A stretch of DNA of 43,382 nucleotides from an uncultured archaeon (GTDB lineage: Archaea; Iainarchaeota; Iainarchaeia; Iainarchaeales; GCA-2688035). The notes beneath the pieces were generated by a model, which did no database searches, was not told the DNA's origin, and saw only the letters and a list, made by a program, of their open reading frames with translations. The translations under genes and the position numbers were made by a program. Location of the stretch: assembly GCA_964354805.1 (NCBI GenBank), contig CAYHBD010000043.1, positions 1-43,382 on the forward strand. Direction: 5' to 3'. This document shows, piece by piece, positions 35,317 to 43,382 of the stretch; the stretch's first letter is position 1; each line of letters starts with the position of its first letter.

Positions 35317-36288
35317 ATGCAAACCAAAAAAAAGCACAAACCATTGGCTTCACTTACCCAAACAGCTCAAGCCTCTCTCGAATACCTTCTTACATATGGC
35401 TGGGCCTTGATTCTAATTGCAACAATTGTGGGAATCATAGTTCTAATAACCGCAACTCCTGGCGGATACGCCTGCAGCGGAACAGGCGACCTAATATGCA
35501 GGGCACTGGGAGCAGAAGGCGAAGACCTAATCCTCACATTCCAAAACAAGCTGCCGTTTGACATAATCATAAACCCATTCACCGGCATTGCATTTGACGG
35601 CAGAACGGGATATGCATCAATCAGTTACAGGGGCAAAGAATACAGATTTGAAGAAGCAACAATCGCAAAAGGAGACACATTCACAATAACAGGAATAGGC
35701 TTGGGAGCCGCAAGCACAATAACCATAACATACACAGAAACAGCAACAGGCTTTGAAAAAACATGGACAGGAAACATAAGCACACCACAGGAAGAAATTT
35801 GCAACGATGGAATAGCAAACACGCCGAGCGGAGAAGTGGACGTCCTGAACCCAGAATGCGAAGAAACAACATATTTATTTACGCCGCCGGCACCTGGGGC
35901 GGGGGAGGAGTTTTTTAACATAAACTCCGACCAAGGCACAGGCATAAATTTAAACCCAATCACAGGCGACCCCTATAATGGAAAAGTGAAGGTCATATCA
36001 GCTGAATTTTCATTTTATATTATTGATATTATTGGAGATCCACCCCTTAGGGCAAATATTGGTCACCAAGAGTATGCAGACATAGCGAGGTGGAATTGGC
36101 AGGATGCTGAAATGTTGGAGGACCTTAAAGAAGGGTGGAATTATTTACCATTGGTCCCAGAGGAAACAAAGGATTCATTGCCAGGGTATACATTATTTAG
36201 CTTCGAGGGGCAAGAGGAATCTTACACAATTGCTTGGGGGAGTTCACCCAATGCACCAAAACTGACAGTGAAGGTAAAAAGCTCATAA
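35317..36288 (+). CDS. Class III signal peptide (type IV pilin-like) surface protein
   Basis: Basic leader, then TA|QASLEYLLTYGWALILIATIVGIIVL. Confidence 0.8.
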   Translation: MQTKKKHKPLASLTQTAQASLEYLLTYGWALILIATIVGIIVLITATPGGYACSGTGDLICRALGAEGEDLILTFQNKLPFDIIINPFTGIAFDGRTGYASISYRGKEYRFEEATIAKGDTFTITGIGLGAASTITITYTETATGFEKTWTGNISTPQEEICNDGIANTPSGEVDVLNPECEETTYLFTPPAPGAGEEFFNINSDQGTGINLNPITGDPYNGKVKVISAEFSFYIIDIIGDPPLRANIGHQEYADIARWNWQDAEMLEDLKEGWNYLPLVPEETKDSLPGYTLFSFEGQEESYTIAWGSSPNAPKLTVKVKSS

Positions 36289-36375
36289 TGATGCTGCAAA
36301 ACTAAATTGTAAAAGCCAGTAAATTTCTCAAACAACGTTTAATTAATTCCTTTTCTTCTCCAGTCTGTTCTTCGC

Positions 36376-37245
36376 TTACAATTTCTTCAAAAAACATTCA
36401 ACTATCTTTTTTTCTTGCCCAACCTGCGCTTCGCTAACATTTGTCCCGTGCTCGAAAATAATTGGAATGCGCTTAATTTGGTGCACTTCTCTGAACAGCT
36501 GCAATTGCCTTTCCGAGCAGATTGCGCTATGGTCATCCCTGTTGTGGGCGCCGCTTTCTATTTCGCTCCAGTGCATGTGCACTTCCGCAATCCTTTCGCC
36601 GAATTTTGCAACCAGCTCTTTCGCTTTGCCCTCAAAAAGCGCGTGCCCGAAATCAAATAAAAGGCGCAGTTCAGGAAAAAGCGCAAATGTTTTCGCAAAT
36701 TCATCAGGCTTTGCTACAATAGGCCTTGCCTCTGCTCCATGAATGTTCTCAATTGCAAGCGCTACGCCGGTATCCTGCGAAAGCTTTAACGCGTATTCAA
36801 TCACTTTGCAGAAATTCTGCCAGCTTTTCTCAGGGTCAAGCTGCTTTTCCGCAATCAGAACATCAAAGCCCTTCACGCTGTCAAAACCCCAGCCAAGCTC
36901 ATTCAGAAAGCCAGGGTGAATTCCCACAACGCTTGCTTCAACAATCCCCGCTGCCTTGAACAAATTGTCAATTGTTTCCTTGTTCTGTTTGTTCAATCCA
37001 AGCGATGGATTGAACCAGAACCTTTCCCTTGGCGCTGGAAAAAGGCTGTGAATAGTGTAATTCTTTTCAGGAAAATCGCGCTTTATCCTTCTCACTGTTT
37101 TCCAGGCATTTGCTTCAAACCTGTGCCCTGCCCCCAATTCAGCTGTTTCAAAGCCCAAACCAAAAACGCTTTTAACAGAATCATACAATCCCTTGCCCCT
37201 GAAAGCAAAATAGCTGCTGCTCAGGCCAAGCAAAGGGCAAGACAT
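36376..37245 (-). CDS. Xylose-isomerase-like / AP endonuclease 2 TIM-barrel protein
   Basis: TIHS, IHPG, LAIEN, FDFGHA, EVHMH, DDH, IFE metal-ligand pattern. Confidence 0.85.
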   Translation of the reverse strand: MSCPLLGLSSSYFAFRGKGLYDSVKSVFGLGFETAELGAGHRFEANAWKTVRRIKRDFPEKNYTIHSLFPAPRERFWFNPSLGLNKQNKETIDNLFKAAGIVEASVVGIHPGFLNELGWGFDSVKGFDVLIAEKQLDPEKSWQNFCKVIEYALKLSQDTGVALAIENIHGAEARPIVAKPDEFAKTFALFPELRLLFDFGHALFEGKAKELVAKFGERIAEVHMHWSEIESGAHNRDDHSAICSERQLQLFREVHQIKRIPIIFEHGTNVSEAQVGQEKKIVECFLKKL

Positions 37246-37367
37246 TTCAGGTCAGATTAATAGGTTATTTAATTCAATTTAAATGAATTGGTGCAGCGGT
37301 TGAACAGTTCCCAAGCAGCACTAACTAATAATATAAATTTTTACTAACCCAATTTACTTTGGTTTCA

Positions 37368-37414
37368 ATGGACCTGGGAATAAAGAAAGCATTCATTCTG
37401 GCAGGTTGGTCTGA
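37368..37414 (+). repeat. Upstream duplicate (47 nt) of the nucleotidyltransferase 5' end
   Basis: MDLGIKKAFILAG versus gene MGIGISKAFILAG. Confidence 0.88.
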
Positions 37415-38188
37415 ATGGGCATTGGAATAAGCAAGGCATTCATTTTGGCTGGAGGCTTGGGCACTCGGTTAAGGCCTGTTACTTATGAGCTTAGCAAGCT
37501 TATGCTGCCAGTGCAGGGAAAGCCAATACTGCAGTGGAACATTGAGCTTGTTAAAAGATTCGGCATCAGTGACATAACTCTTGCAGTAGGCTTCAAGCAC
37601 GAGCAAATCCAGCAATTCTTTGGAAGCGGGGAAAAGCTTGGCGTAAAAATTCACTACAACATTGAGAAAGAATACATGGACACAGCAGGTGCATTGCGTA
37701 TTGCGGAACAGCATTTAAAGGGAGAAAAAAAATTCATTGGAATGAACGGCGATGAATTGAAGGACATTGACTTCAGCGCAATGAGCGCAGTGCATGAAAA
37801 AAACAATGCGATTGCAACAATTGCATTGGCCAGTGTTCCGTACAGGCACGGCGGCGGCGTAGTGAAAACAGAAGGAAACATTGTTACTGAATTCAGCGAA
37901 AAGCCTGCTGACGAGCAGCCTGGAAACAAGCTGATTCACGCAGGCGCATACATCCTCTCGCCGGAAATTTTTGGATTCATTGAAGGGGGCAAAAAAGTCA
38001 GCATTGAAAAGGAAGTATTCCCGCTGCTCGCTGAGAAAGGCAGGCTGTGCGGAGTTGACATGGCAGGCAGGCAGTTCCTGCAGACAGACAACTTTGAAAG
38101 ATACGAAAAAGCAATTTTCGAATGGAAGGGATTTTCAGCAAACGGCAAAAACAAAAAGATTGAACAAATCCAAAAGAGCGAAGAATAA
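37415..38188 (+). CDS. Sugar-1-phosphate nucleotidyltransferase (Man-1-P guanylyltransferase-like)
   Basis: LAGGLGTRLRPVT, DTAGAL, NGD, FSEKP, AGAYIL, SIEKEVFP. Confidence 0.9.
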   Translation: MGIGISKAFILAGGLGTRLRPVTYELSKLMLPVQGKPILQWNIELVKRFGISDITLAVGFKHEQIQQFFGSGEKLGVKIHYNIEKEYMDTAGALRIAEQHLKGEKKFIGMNGDELKDIDFSAMSAVHEKNNAIATIALASVPYRHGGGVVKTEGNIVTEFSEKPADEQPGNKLIHAGAYILSPEIFGFIEGGKKVSIEKEVFPLLAEKGRLCGVDMAGRQFLQTDNFERYEKAIFEWKGFSANGKNKKIEQIQKSEE

Positions 38189-38232
38189 CAAGCCTTTAAA
38201 TTCCTTTTTAAAATAAAATTAATTGGTTTGAT

Positions 38233-38328
38233 ATGCTTGCTAAGGGACTTTTCGGGAAAAGGAAAAGCATGTTCGGTGCCTTGAAAGGCAAAATTTCAGT
38301 CAAGGACATTAGAGAAGGTGTGATTTGA
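38233..38328 (+). CDS. Possible 31-aa small ORF abutting apt
   Basis: MLAKGLFGKRKSMFGALKGKISVKDIREGVI*; its stop is immediately followed by the apt TTG. Confidence 0.3.
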   Translation: MLAKGLFGKRKSMFGALKGKISVKDIREGVI

Positions 38329-38859
38329 TTGGATCTTGCTAAAAAAATCAGGACTGTTCCGCATTTCCCGAAGAAGGGAATAATGTTCAAGGACATTACC
38401 ACGCTGCTGCAGGACAGCGCTGCTTTCAGGCAGGCGATTGATGCTTTGGTTGAATACTTCATGAAAAAGGATTTGCATTTTGACAAGGTTGTCAGCACTG
38501 AAAGCAGGGGCTTTATTCTTGGCGCTGTAATGGCTTATGAGTTCCACGCCGGCTTTGTTCCGCTGCGAAAGCCGGGAAAGCTGCCGTACAAAAAAATAAG
38601 GCAGGAATTCAGGACAGAGTACAGCACTGATGCCTTTGAAATACATAAGGATGCAATAGAGAAAGGGGAAAGCGTTCTGATTGTTGATGATCTCTTGGCC
38701 ACATCGGGGACAGCTCGGGCTGCGGTGGACTTGGTAGAAAAGTTAGGCGGGAAGGTAAATGGCATTGCATTCCTAATAGAATTAACTTTCCTCAAAGGCA
38801 GGGAAAAGCTAAAAGGATATGATGTTTTTTCCTTAATAAAGTATAATAAAGAAGAATAA
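38329..38859 (+). CDS. apt: Adenine phosphoribosyltransferase
   Basis: FPKKGIMFKDIT, ESRGF, RKPGKLP, LIVDDLLATSGT. Confidence 0.95.
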   Translation: MDLAKKIRTVPHFPKKGIMFKDITTLLQDSAAFRQAIDALVEYFMKKDLHFDKVVSTESRGFILGAVMAYEFHAGFVPLRKPGKLPYKKIRQEFRTEYSTDAFEIHKDAIEKGESVLIVDDLLATSGTARAAVDLVEKLGGKVNGIAFLIELTFLKGREKLKGYDVFSLIKYNKEE

Positions 38860-38887
38860 TAATAAATTTCTTTGAATTCTAAAAAAG

Positions 38888-39430
38888 GTGTCTGCTATAA
38901 CAAAACTCAACCTTGGCTGCGGCCAGGAGTACCTGCCTGGATACATTAACATTGACAGCAACAGGAAAGTAAAGGCAGACAAGTATTTGGATGTAACCAA
39001 AAAGCTGCCCTTTGCATCCAACACGGTTGGGGAAATCAGGGCGCACCATTTGATTGAGGACTTTGGGGAACTTGAACCTGTTTTGAGGGAATGGTTTAGG
39101 GTTTTGCGGCCAGGCGGCGTGCTGCGCGTGTGGGTGCCTTACGCTTTCAGCAACCACGCTTTCGTAAACCCGGAGCACAAACATTATTTTGTTTGGAACA
39201 CCCTGATTTACTTCACTGACAGGGCAAGGCCAAGCTATTTCTATGATTTTCACTTCAGGCTGCGCAAAAGGGAATTCCAGATGCTGGGCAAATACAAGAG
39301 CGTGCTTTCGCTTTTCTCAAAATTTGCCACTGCATTCCCGGAATTTTACGAAAGGTTCCTGAAAGGATTCTTCTCTGTTGACGTCATATACTATGAACTG
39401 GAAAAGCCGGCTGAAAGCGGGAAAAAATAG
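38888..39430 (+). CDS. Small class I SAM-dependent methyltransferase
   Basis: KLNLGCG, GYINID, RVLRPGG, VP...NPEHK. Confidence 0.85.
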   Translation: MSAITKLNLGCGQEYLPGYINIDSNRKVKADKYLDVTKKLPFASNTVGEIRAHHLIEDFGELEPVLREWFRVLRPGGVLRVWVPYAFSNHAFVNPEHKHYFVWNTLIYFTDRARPSYFYDFHFRLRKREFQMLGKYKSVLSLFSKFATAFPEFYERFLKGFFSVDVIYYELEKPAESGKK

Positions 39431-39538
39431 CCAGCATCAAACCGAAAGAAAAAGCAGCCACAGCAGCCCAACCAAACTACAAAAAAACAAACCAAACAGC
39501 AATTAAAACAAAAACAAACCCAAAAAAAATAAAAAAAT
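39431..39538 (-). terminator. Low-complexity tract between convergent genes; U-rich on the minus strand, possible archaeal terminator
   Basis: Oligo-T runs directly follow the stop of the 39539..40051 gene. Confidence 0.4.
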
Positions 39539-40051
39539 TCAAATCCCCAGAAATCCAAGCCCTGCCGTTCCCAGCAAAACAATCGCTGTAACAATCACTG
39601 CCGCAATTAATACGCCTACGGTGTTTGCTGCAACCGTTTTCTTGAAATTCATCCCGAAGAGAAAGCAGGCAAGCGTTCCTGTCCAGGCGCCAGTACCAGG
39701 CAATGGAATGCCGACAAAAACCGCTATGCCCCAGAAGCCGTATTTTTCAATGTAGGGCTTTGCTTTCCTCTGCGCCCTGACAACAATCCTGCTGTAAAGC
39801 GAATTGATTTTTCTGCTGAGCAGAAAGAAATGCAGCAGGTGCTGCAATGCAAGGAAAACAATCGGCGAAACAAGCGCGTTTGCAATAACGCAAACAGCAA
39901 ACACCAAAGGCACTGGCAGGCCATAGCCAGTGATAGAGCCGAGAAAAGGCAGCTGAATTGAACCAGACAAAATCCCGAGTGGAATCGTTAAGCGTAACTC
40001 AAAAACGGGGAGCAGGGTCAGAACAAAAAGCCACAAAATTTTGTCGAACAT
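39539..40051 (-). CDS. COG2426 / putative small multi-drug export family membrane protein
   Basis: LPVFELRLTIPLG and FVGIPLPGTGAWTG signatures; ATG 40051 preferred over the track start 40159. Confidence 0.88.
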   Translation of the reverse strand: MFDKILWLFVLTLLPVFELRLTIPLGILSGSIQLPFLGSITGYGLPVPLVFAVCVIANALVSPIVFLALQHLLHFFLLSRKINSLYSRIVVRAQRKAKPYIEKYGFWGIAVFVGIPLPGTGAWTGTLACFLFGMNFKKTVAANTVGVLIAAVIVTAIVLLGTAGLGFLGI

Positions 40052-40149
40052 GAGAAAAAAGACAGGGGAAAACATTTTTATTGGCAACACGTTATTGCTT
40101 GTTGCCGTTTTTTTGCCTAAACCAGCTGAAGAAACACTACCCTTTCCAA

Positions 40150-40746
40150 TCAAAGCCACGCCGTGAAAACAACAAGCTCTTCAAAAAAAAGCCGCTTTCT
40201 CCCTGCAATCTCAAAAGCAAAGCCTTTTTCTTTCAGCAGCTTTTTCGTTTTGCTTTCCCCGTTCAAGCTGCTTTGGACAAAAAAAATTTTTCCATCTTTC
40301 TCCAAGTGCCCTTTCGCCTGCCTGAGAAACGCATCAAGCACCTGCCTGCCTTTTTTGCCGCCGTCAGTGTCCAGCCACTTTTTTTCTTTTCCGGAATCAA
40401 CATAAGGCGGATTGAAAATTATCAAGCCGAATTTTTTTCCTTTCAGCGCTGAAAACAGGTTGCTTTTTTTGAAAACAGATTTTTTTCCAAAGCCGAGGGC
40501 TTGCGCATTGGCTTTTGCGTTTTCAACGGCTTTTTTGTCAATGTCCGCAAACACGCATTTTTTTGCGCCAAGCAAAAGCGCGTTCAGCCCCTGTATCCCT
40601 GAACCGCATCCCAAATCCAAAACTGTTTTGCCTTTCGAATCGCTTTTTTTTATTGCATCAGCAAGCAATATCGAATCCTCCCTAGGCTCGAAGACTGAAT
40701 CGAAAACAGCAATTTCAATTCCCTTGTAAAAAAATTTTGCCGACAT
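40150..40746 (-). CDS. hemK: Archaeal HemK-family (release factor glutamine) methyltransferase
   Basis: VFEPREDS, LDLGCGSG, FNPPY, DGGKKG, LFFEEL. Confidence 0.88.
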   Translation of the reverse strand: MSAKFFYKGIEIAVFDSVFEPREDSILLADAIKKSDSKGKTVLDLGCGSGIQGLNALLLGAKKCVFADIDKKAVENAKANAQALGFGKKSVFKKSNLFSALKGKKFGLIIFNPPYVDSGKEKKWLDTDGGKKGRQVLDAFLRQAKGHLEKDGKIFFVQSSLNGESKTKKLLKEKGFAFEIAGRKRLFFEELVVFTAWL

Positions 40747-40991
40747 TTCAACACTCTCTCGGCATTAACTGTCTTGCATATATAAAACACTAATATATAA
40801 GCTTTTGAACCATTCAATCACGCGCTGTTGCCGTTCAAAACAGCAAAAAATTATGTAGCCCAGCCCAAAAAAAAGTTTAAAAACACTTGCATTAGGGAAT
40901 TGATAATACAAAGAAAAGTTCACATGCCATTAATTGAATCAACACAATAAAAATTGGCGAAGTCAACGGTGGGGTTGGGGGTTTTCAAATT

Positions 40992-43382
40992 ATGAAAAGA
41001 ACAGCATTACTGGCACTATTTCTAATTCTTGCAAGCGCAAACGCGTTTGCTGCAGCACCAAGTGTTTTTCCGGGCGGACCATACACCGGATACAGAAACA
41101 CAAACATTGATTTGAACGGATACGCAACTTGTGATGGATGCACAATAACAAGCATGGCATGGACTGTCCCAAGCGGATGCACAATCGTGCAGGAATTTAT
41201 TGATCTCGACCAAAACAGGGACAATGCGGTAATAACATGCACCAACATAATCACAGACAACGTCAGCCTAAGAGCAGAAAATAACAACACTGAATCAACA
41301 ACACAAAATGCCTCGCTCATAATTTCAAACAGGAACCCGAGAGCAGTTCTGAATCTCAGCCCGAGCAGCGGTAACCCAGTGCTTGATGTAACATTTACGG
41401 GCTTCTGCGAAGACCCTGACGGAAACTCTGACATTGCTAGCTGCAAAATAAATTTCGGAGATGGAAACACAAACATTGATTTCACAACAGGAATGACCCA
41501 CAGCTATTTCACGCCAAACACTTATGCTGCAACACTCACGGCAACGGATGCACAGAGCGCAACCGGAACAGATAGCGAATCAATTCAGGTAATCGCGCCA
41601 GCGGCTCCAACAATCAACAACAAGAGCCCAGCATCAGGCAGCTCAACTAATGACACAACTCCGACAATAAGCTTTGATGTAAACGACAACGGCAGTGGCG
41701 TAGACATCTCAACATTAAAGCTCTTCGTTGACAACGCACTTATCAGCCCGACAACAACAGCATTCGGAAACAATCATCATGTAAGCTGGACTCTTGCAGA
41801 CCAAGCAAACGGAAAAGTTATTTATATCGGATTAAAGGTTTCTGACACAAAAGGCAACAGCACAGGCGATGTGAACTGGAGCTTTACAGTTGATACTGAA
41901 GCGCCATCCTCTTTAAGCATTCAAATAAACAGCTACACAAACAGCACTGGCATAACACTTTCCCTGAGCGCAACAGGCGCAAGCCAGTGCAGATACAAGA
42001 ATGACGGCGGCGACTGGAGTGGTTGGGAAAGCTATAGCACAAGCAAAAGCAGCTGGACTCTTAGAGACAGCGACGGGACAAGGACAGTTTATTTCCAGTG
42101 CAAGGATAGTGCAGGCAATGAAAGCAGCTCTGTCAGCGATGACATTGTTTTGGACAGGCAAAGCCCGGACAAAGTAAGTGGTTTTAGCGCGGGCTATGAC
42201 AAGACAGATGATGAAGTTGATTTGGACTGGGACAAGCCGTCTGATAACGGGGCCAGTGGACTGGACCACTACTGCCTTTACAGGGGAACAAGCAGCTCGT
42301 TTTCCGATATGAGCCAAATCAGCTGCAGCATTGACAAGGATGATACTGATTTCGAAAACGATGCCAGCGGTCTGGATGACGATGAAACATATTATTACAG
42401 GATCAAAGCAGTTGACAGGGCTGGAAATTACAGCGATGCAAGCGATTATGTGAGCGTTACAATTGGAACATTGCCATCAGGCGACACAACTGTGCCATAC
42501 CTCAATTGGCGCTCGCCGGCCAACAACAGCACTGTAAAAGGAATTGTTACTTTGGAAGTTGAAACTTACGATCCGCAAAGCGACATCCAGCTTGTTTCGT
42601 TTTATGTTGATAACGCGCAAATCAATGTGCGCAACACAATTAGCGGCGACTACTACAGGATTGACTGGAACAGCGCCTCGGTTTCAAACGGCAGGCATGT
42701 CCTGAAAGCGCTTGCAAAAAACAACAGCGGCAACGCAGGCTATAATATAACCACGAGGGAAATCACTGTAACAACTGACAATGCCGGCACTGCTTTAACC
42801 CCGGAGCAGAGCACTGCAAGAAATGCGATTGATGAAGCGGACGATGCGAAGGAAGAGGCTGCTGCTTTGTTTAACGAAGCAAGCAAAATGGGGATTTCAT
42901 TCAGCGGAACAGCAGGCAAGCTGCTTTCCGATGGATCAGGATTGCTGGATGAGGCAAACGGGTTGTTTGATGACGCGAATTACAGCGGGGCTGTACAAAA
43001 GGCGGATTCTGCAAACGCGAAATTTGAGCGCTTGCTGGGCATTATTTCAATCGAAGAGTACAGCGGTGTTCAGGTTTACTCTTTCAGTTCCGAGAAGCTG
43101 CCGTTGCTGCTTCAGGGAATTGGCTTGCGCAAGGAATTGGCTGATGAAGCGCAGGCGTTGATGCAAAACTTCACAGTGAACAGAAGCACGGCATTCAAGG
43201 AAATCACTGACGGAAGCAACACTTACTACAAGGCGGCTGTCAGGCTGGTCATCAAAAACAACGGCACTGAAAGGAAGGCAGTGCAATTTATTGAAGTGAT
43301 TCCAAAGGCATTTGCTGCAGACGCAAACCAAATAGCAGCAAGCGCTAACTTCACTGTAATTGTACCAGACCCGGCAATTAAA
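40992..43382 (+). CDS. Large secreted cell-surface protein with PKD, Ig-like and FN3-like domains (runs off the right edge)
   Basis: Manual translation is open to the window end: signal peptide MKRTALLALFLILASANAFA, INFGDG..HSY (PKD), DTEAP / KDSAGN (Ig-like), LDWDKPSD..YYYRIKAVDRAGN (FN3-like), then a helical region. Not in the ORF track. Confidence 0.9.
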   Translation, partial: MKRTALLALFLILASANAFAAAPSVFPGGPYTGYRNTNIDLNGYATCDGCTITSMAWTVPSGCTIVQEFIDLDQNRDNAVITCTNIITDNVSLRAENNNTESTTQNASLIISNRNPRAVLNLSPSSGNPVLDVTFTGFCEDPDGNSDIASCKINFGDGNTNIDFTTGMTHSYFTPNTYAATLTATDAQSATGTDSESIQVIAPAAPTINNKSPASGSSTNDTTPTISFDVNDNGSGVDISTLKLFVDNALISPTTTAFGNNHHVSWTLADQANGKVIYIGLKVSDTKGNSTGDVNWSFTVDTEAPSSLSIQINSYTNSTGITLSLSATGASQCRYKNDGGDWSGWESYSTSKSSWTLRDSDGTRTVYFQCKDSAGNESSSVSDDIVLDRQSPDKVSGFSAGYDKTDDEVDLDWDKPSDNGASGLDHYCLYRGTSSSFSDMSQISCSIDKDDTDFENDASGLDDDETYYYRIKAVDRAGNYSDASDYVSVTIGTLPSGDTTVPYLNWRSPANNSTVKGIVTLEVETYDPQSDIQLVSFYVDNAQINVRNTISGDYYRIDWNSASVSNGRHVLKALAKNNSGNAGYNITTREITVTTDNAGTALTPEQSTARNAIDEADDAKEEAAALFNEASKMGISFSGTAGKLLSDGSGLLDEANGLFDDANYSGAVQKADSANAKFERLLGIISIEEYSGVQVYSFSSEKLPLLLQGIGLRKELADEAQALMQNFTVNRSTAFKEITDGSNTYYKAAVRLVIKNNGTERKAVQFIEVIPKAFAADANQIAASANFTVIVPDPAIK

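Noticed and set aside
10141-37460. DGR template/variable repeat pairs as the source of the duplicated gene ends
   Set aside because: No reverse transcriptase in the window, differences are not restricted to adenines, and most copies are at 5' ends.
30-43331. Many antisense or alternative-frame ORFs in the track (for example 21096..21773, 24833..25438, 32812..33567, 40985..41485)
   Set aside because: They overlap well-supported genes on the opposite strand or in another frame and show no recognisable motifs.
1-43382. tRNA/rRNA genes or an alternative genetic code
   Set aside because: No cloverleaf or rRNA-like segment seen in the gaps; genes translate full length with standard stops.

Overview
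About 40 kb of this window is an archaeal surface-glycan biosynthesis region. A DPANN lineage is inferred from the class III signal-peptide pilin, archaeal TATA and SD motifs and an archaeal HemK, but this is not verified. It holds three NDP-sugar dehydrogenases, a UDP-glucuronate decarboxylase, an SDR epimerase, a DegT aminotransferase, three GT2, two GT4, three GT-C-type membrane proteins, three flippase-type proteins, five small class I methyltransferases and five cobalamin-dependent radical SAM paralogs. It is flanked by a partial nadE-like gene on the left and by apt, hemK and a large sequon-rich surface protein on the right; both edge ORFs are missing from the ORF track. Four signals stand out. 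(1) A four-gene set (GT2, GT-C, methyltransferase, B12-radical SAM) occurs three times. (2) A ~90-nt double inverted-repeat element occurs twice, each time just upstream of a GT2 gene, with compensatory base changes. (3) At least eight genes have short tandem duplicates of their own 5' or 3' ends, and one copy differs from its gene only at synonymous sites. (4) A ribbon-helix-helix domain is fused to a degenerate sugar nucleotidyltransferase, with NikR-like GTATGA boxes in its own promoter. I saw no rRNA, tRNA, CRISPR array or intact transposase. All calls come from reading motifs by eye; no searches were run.
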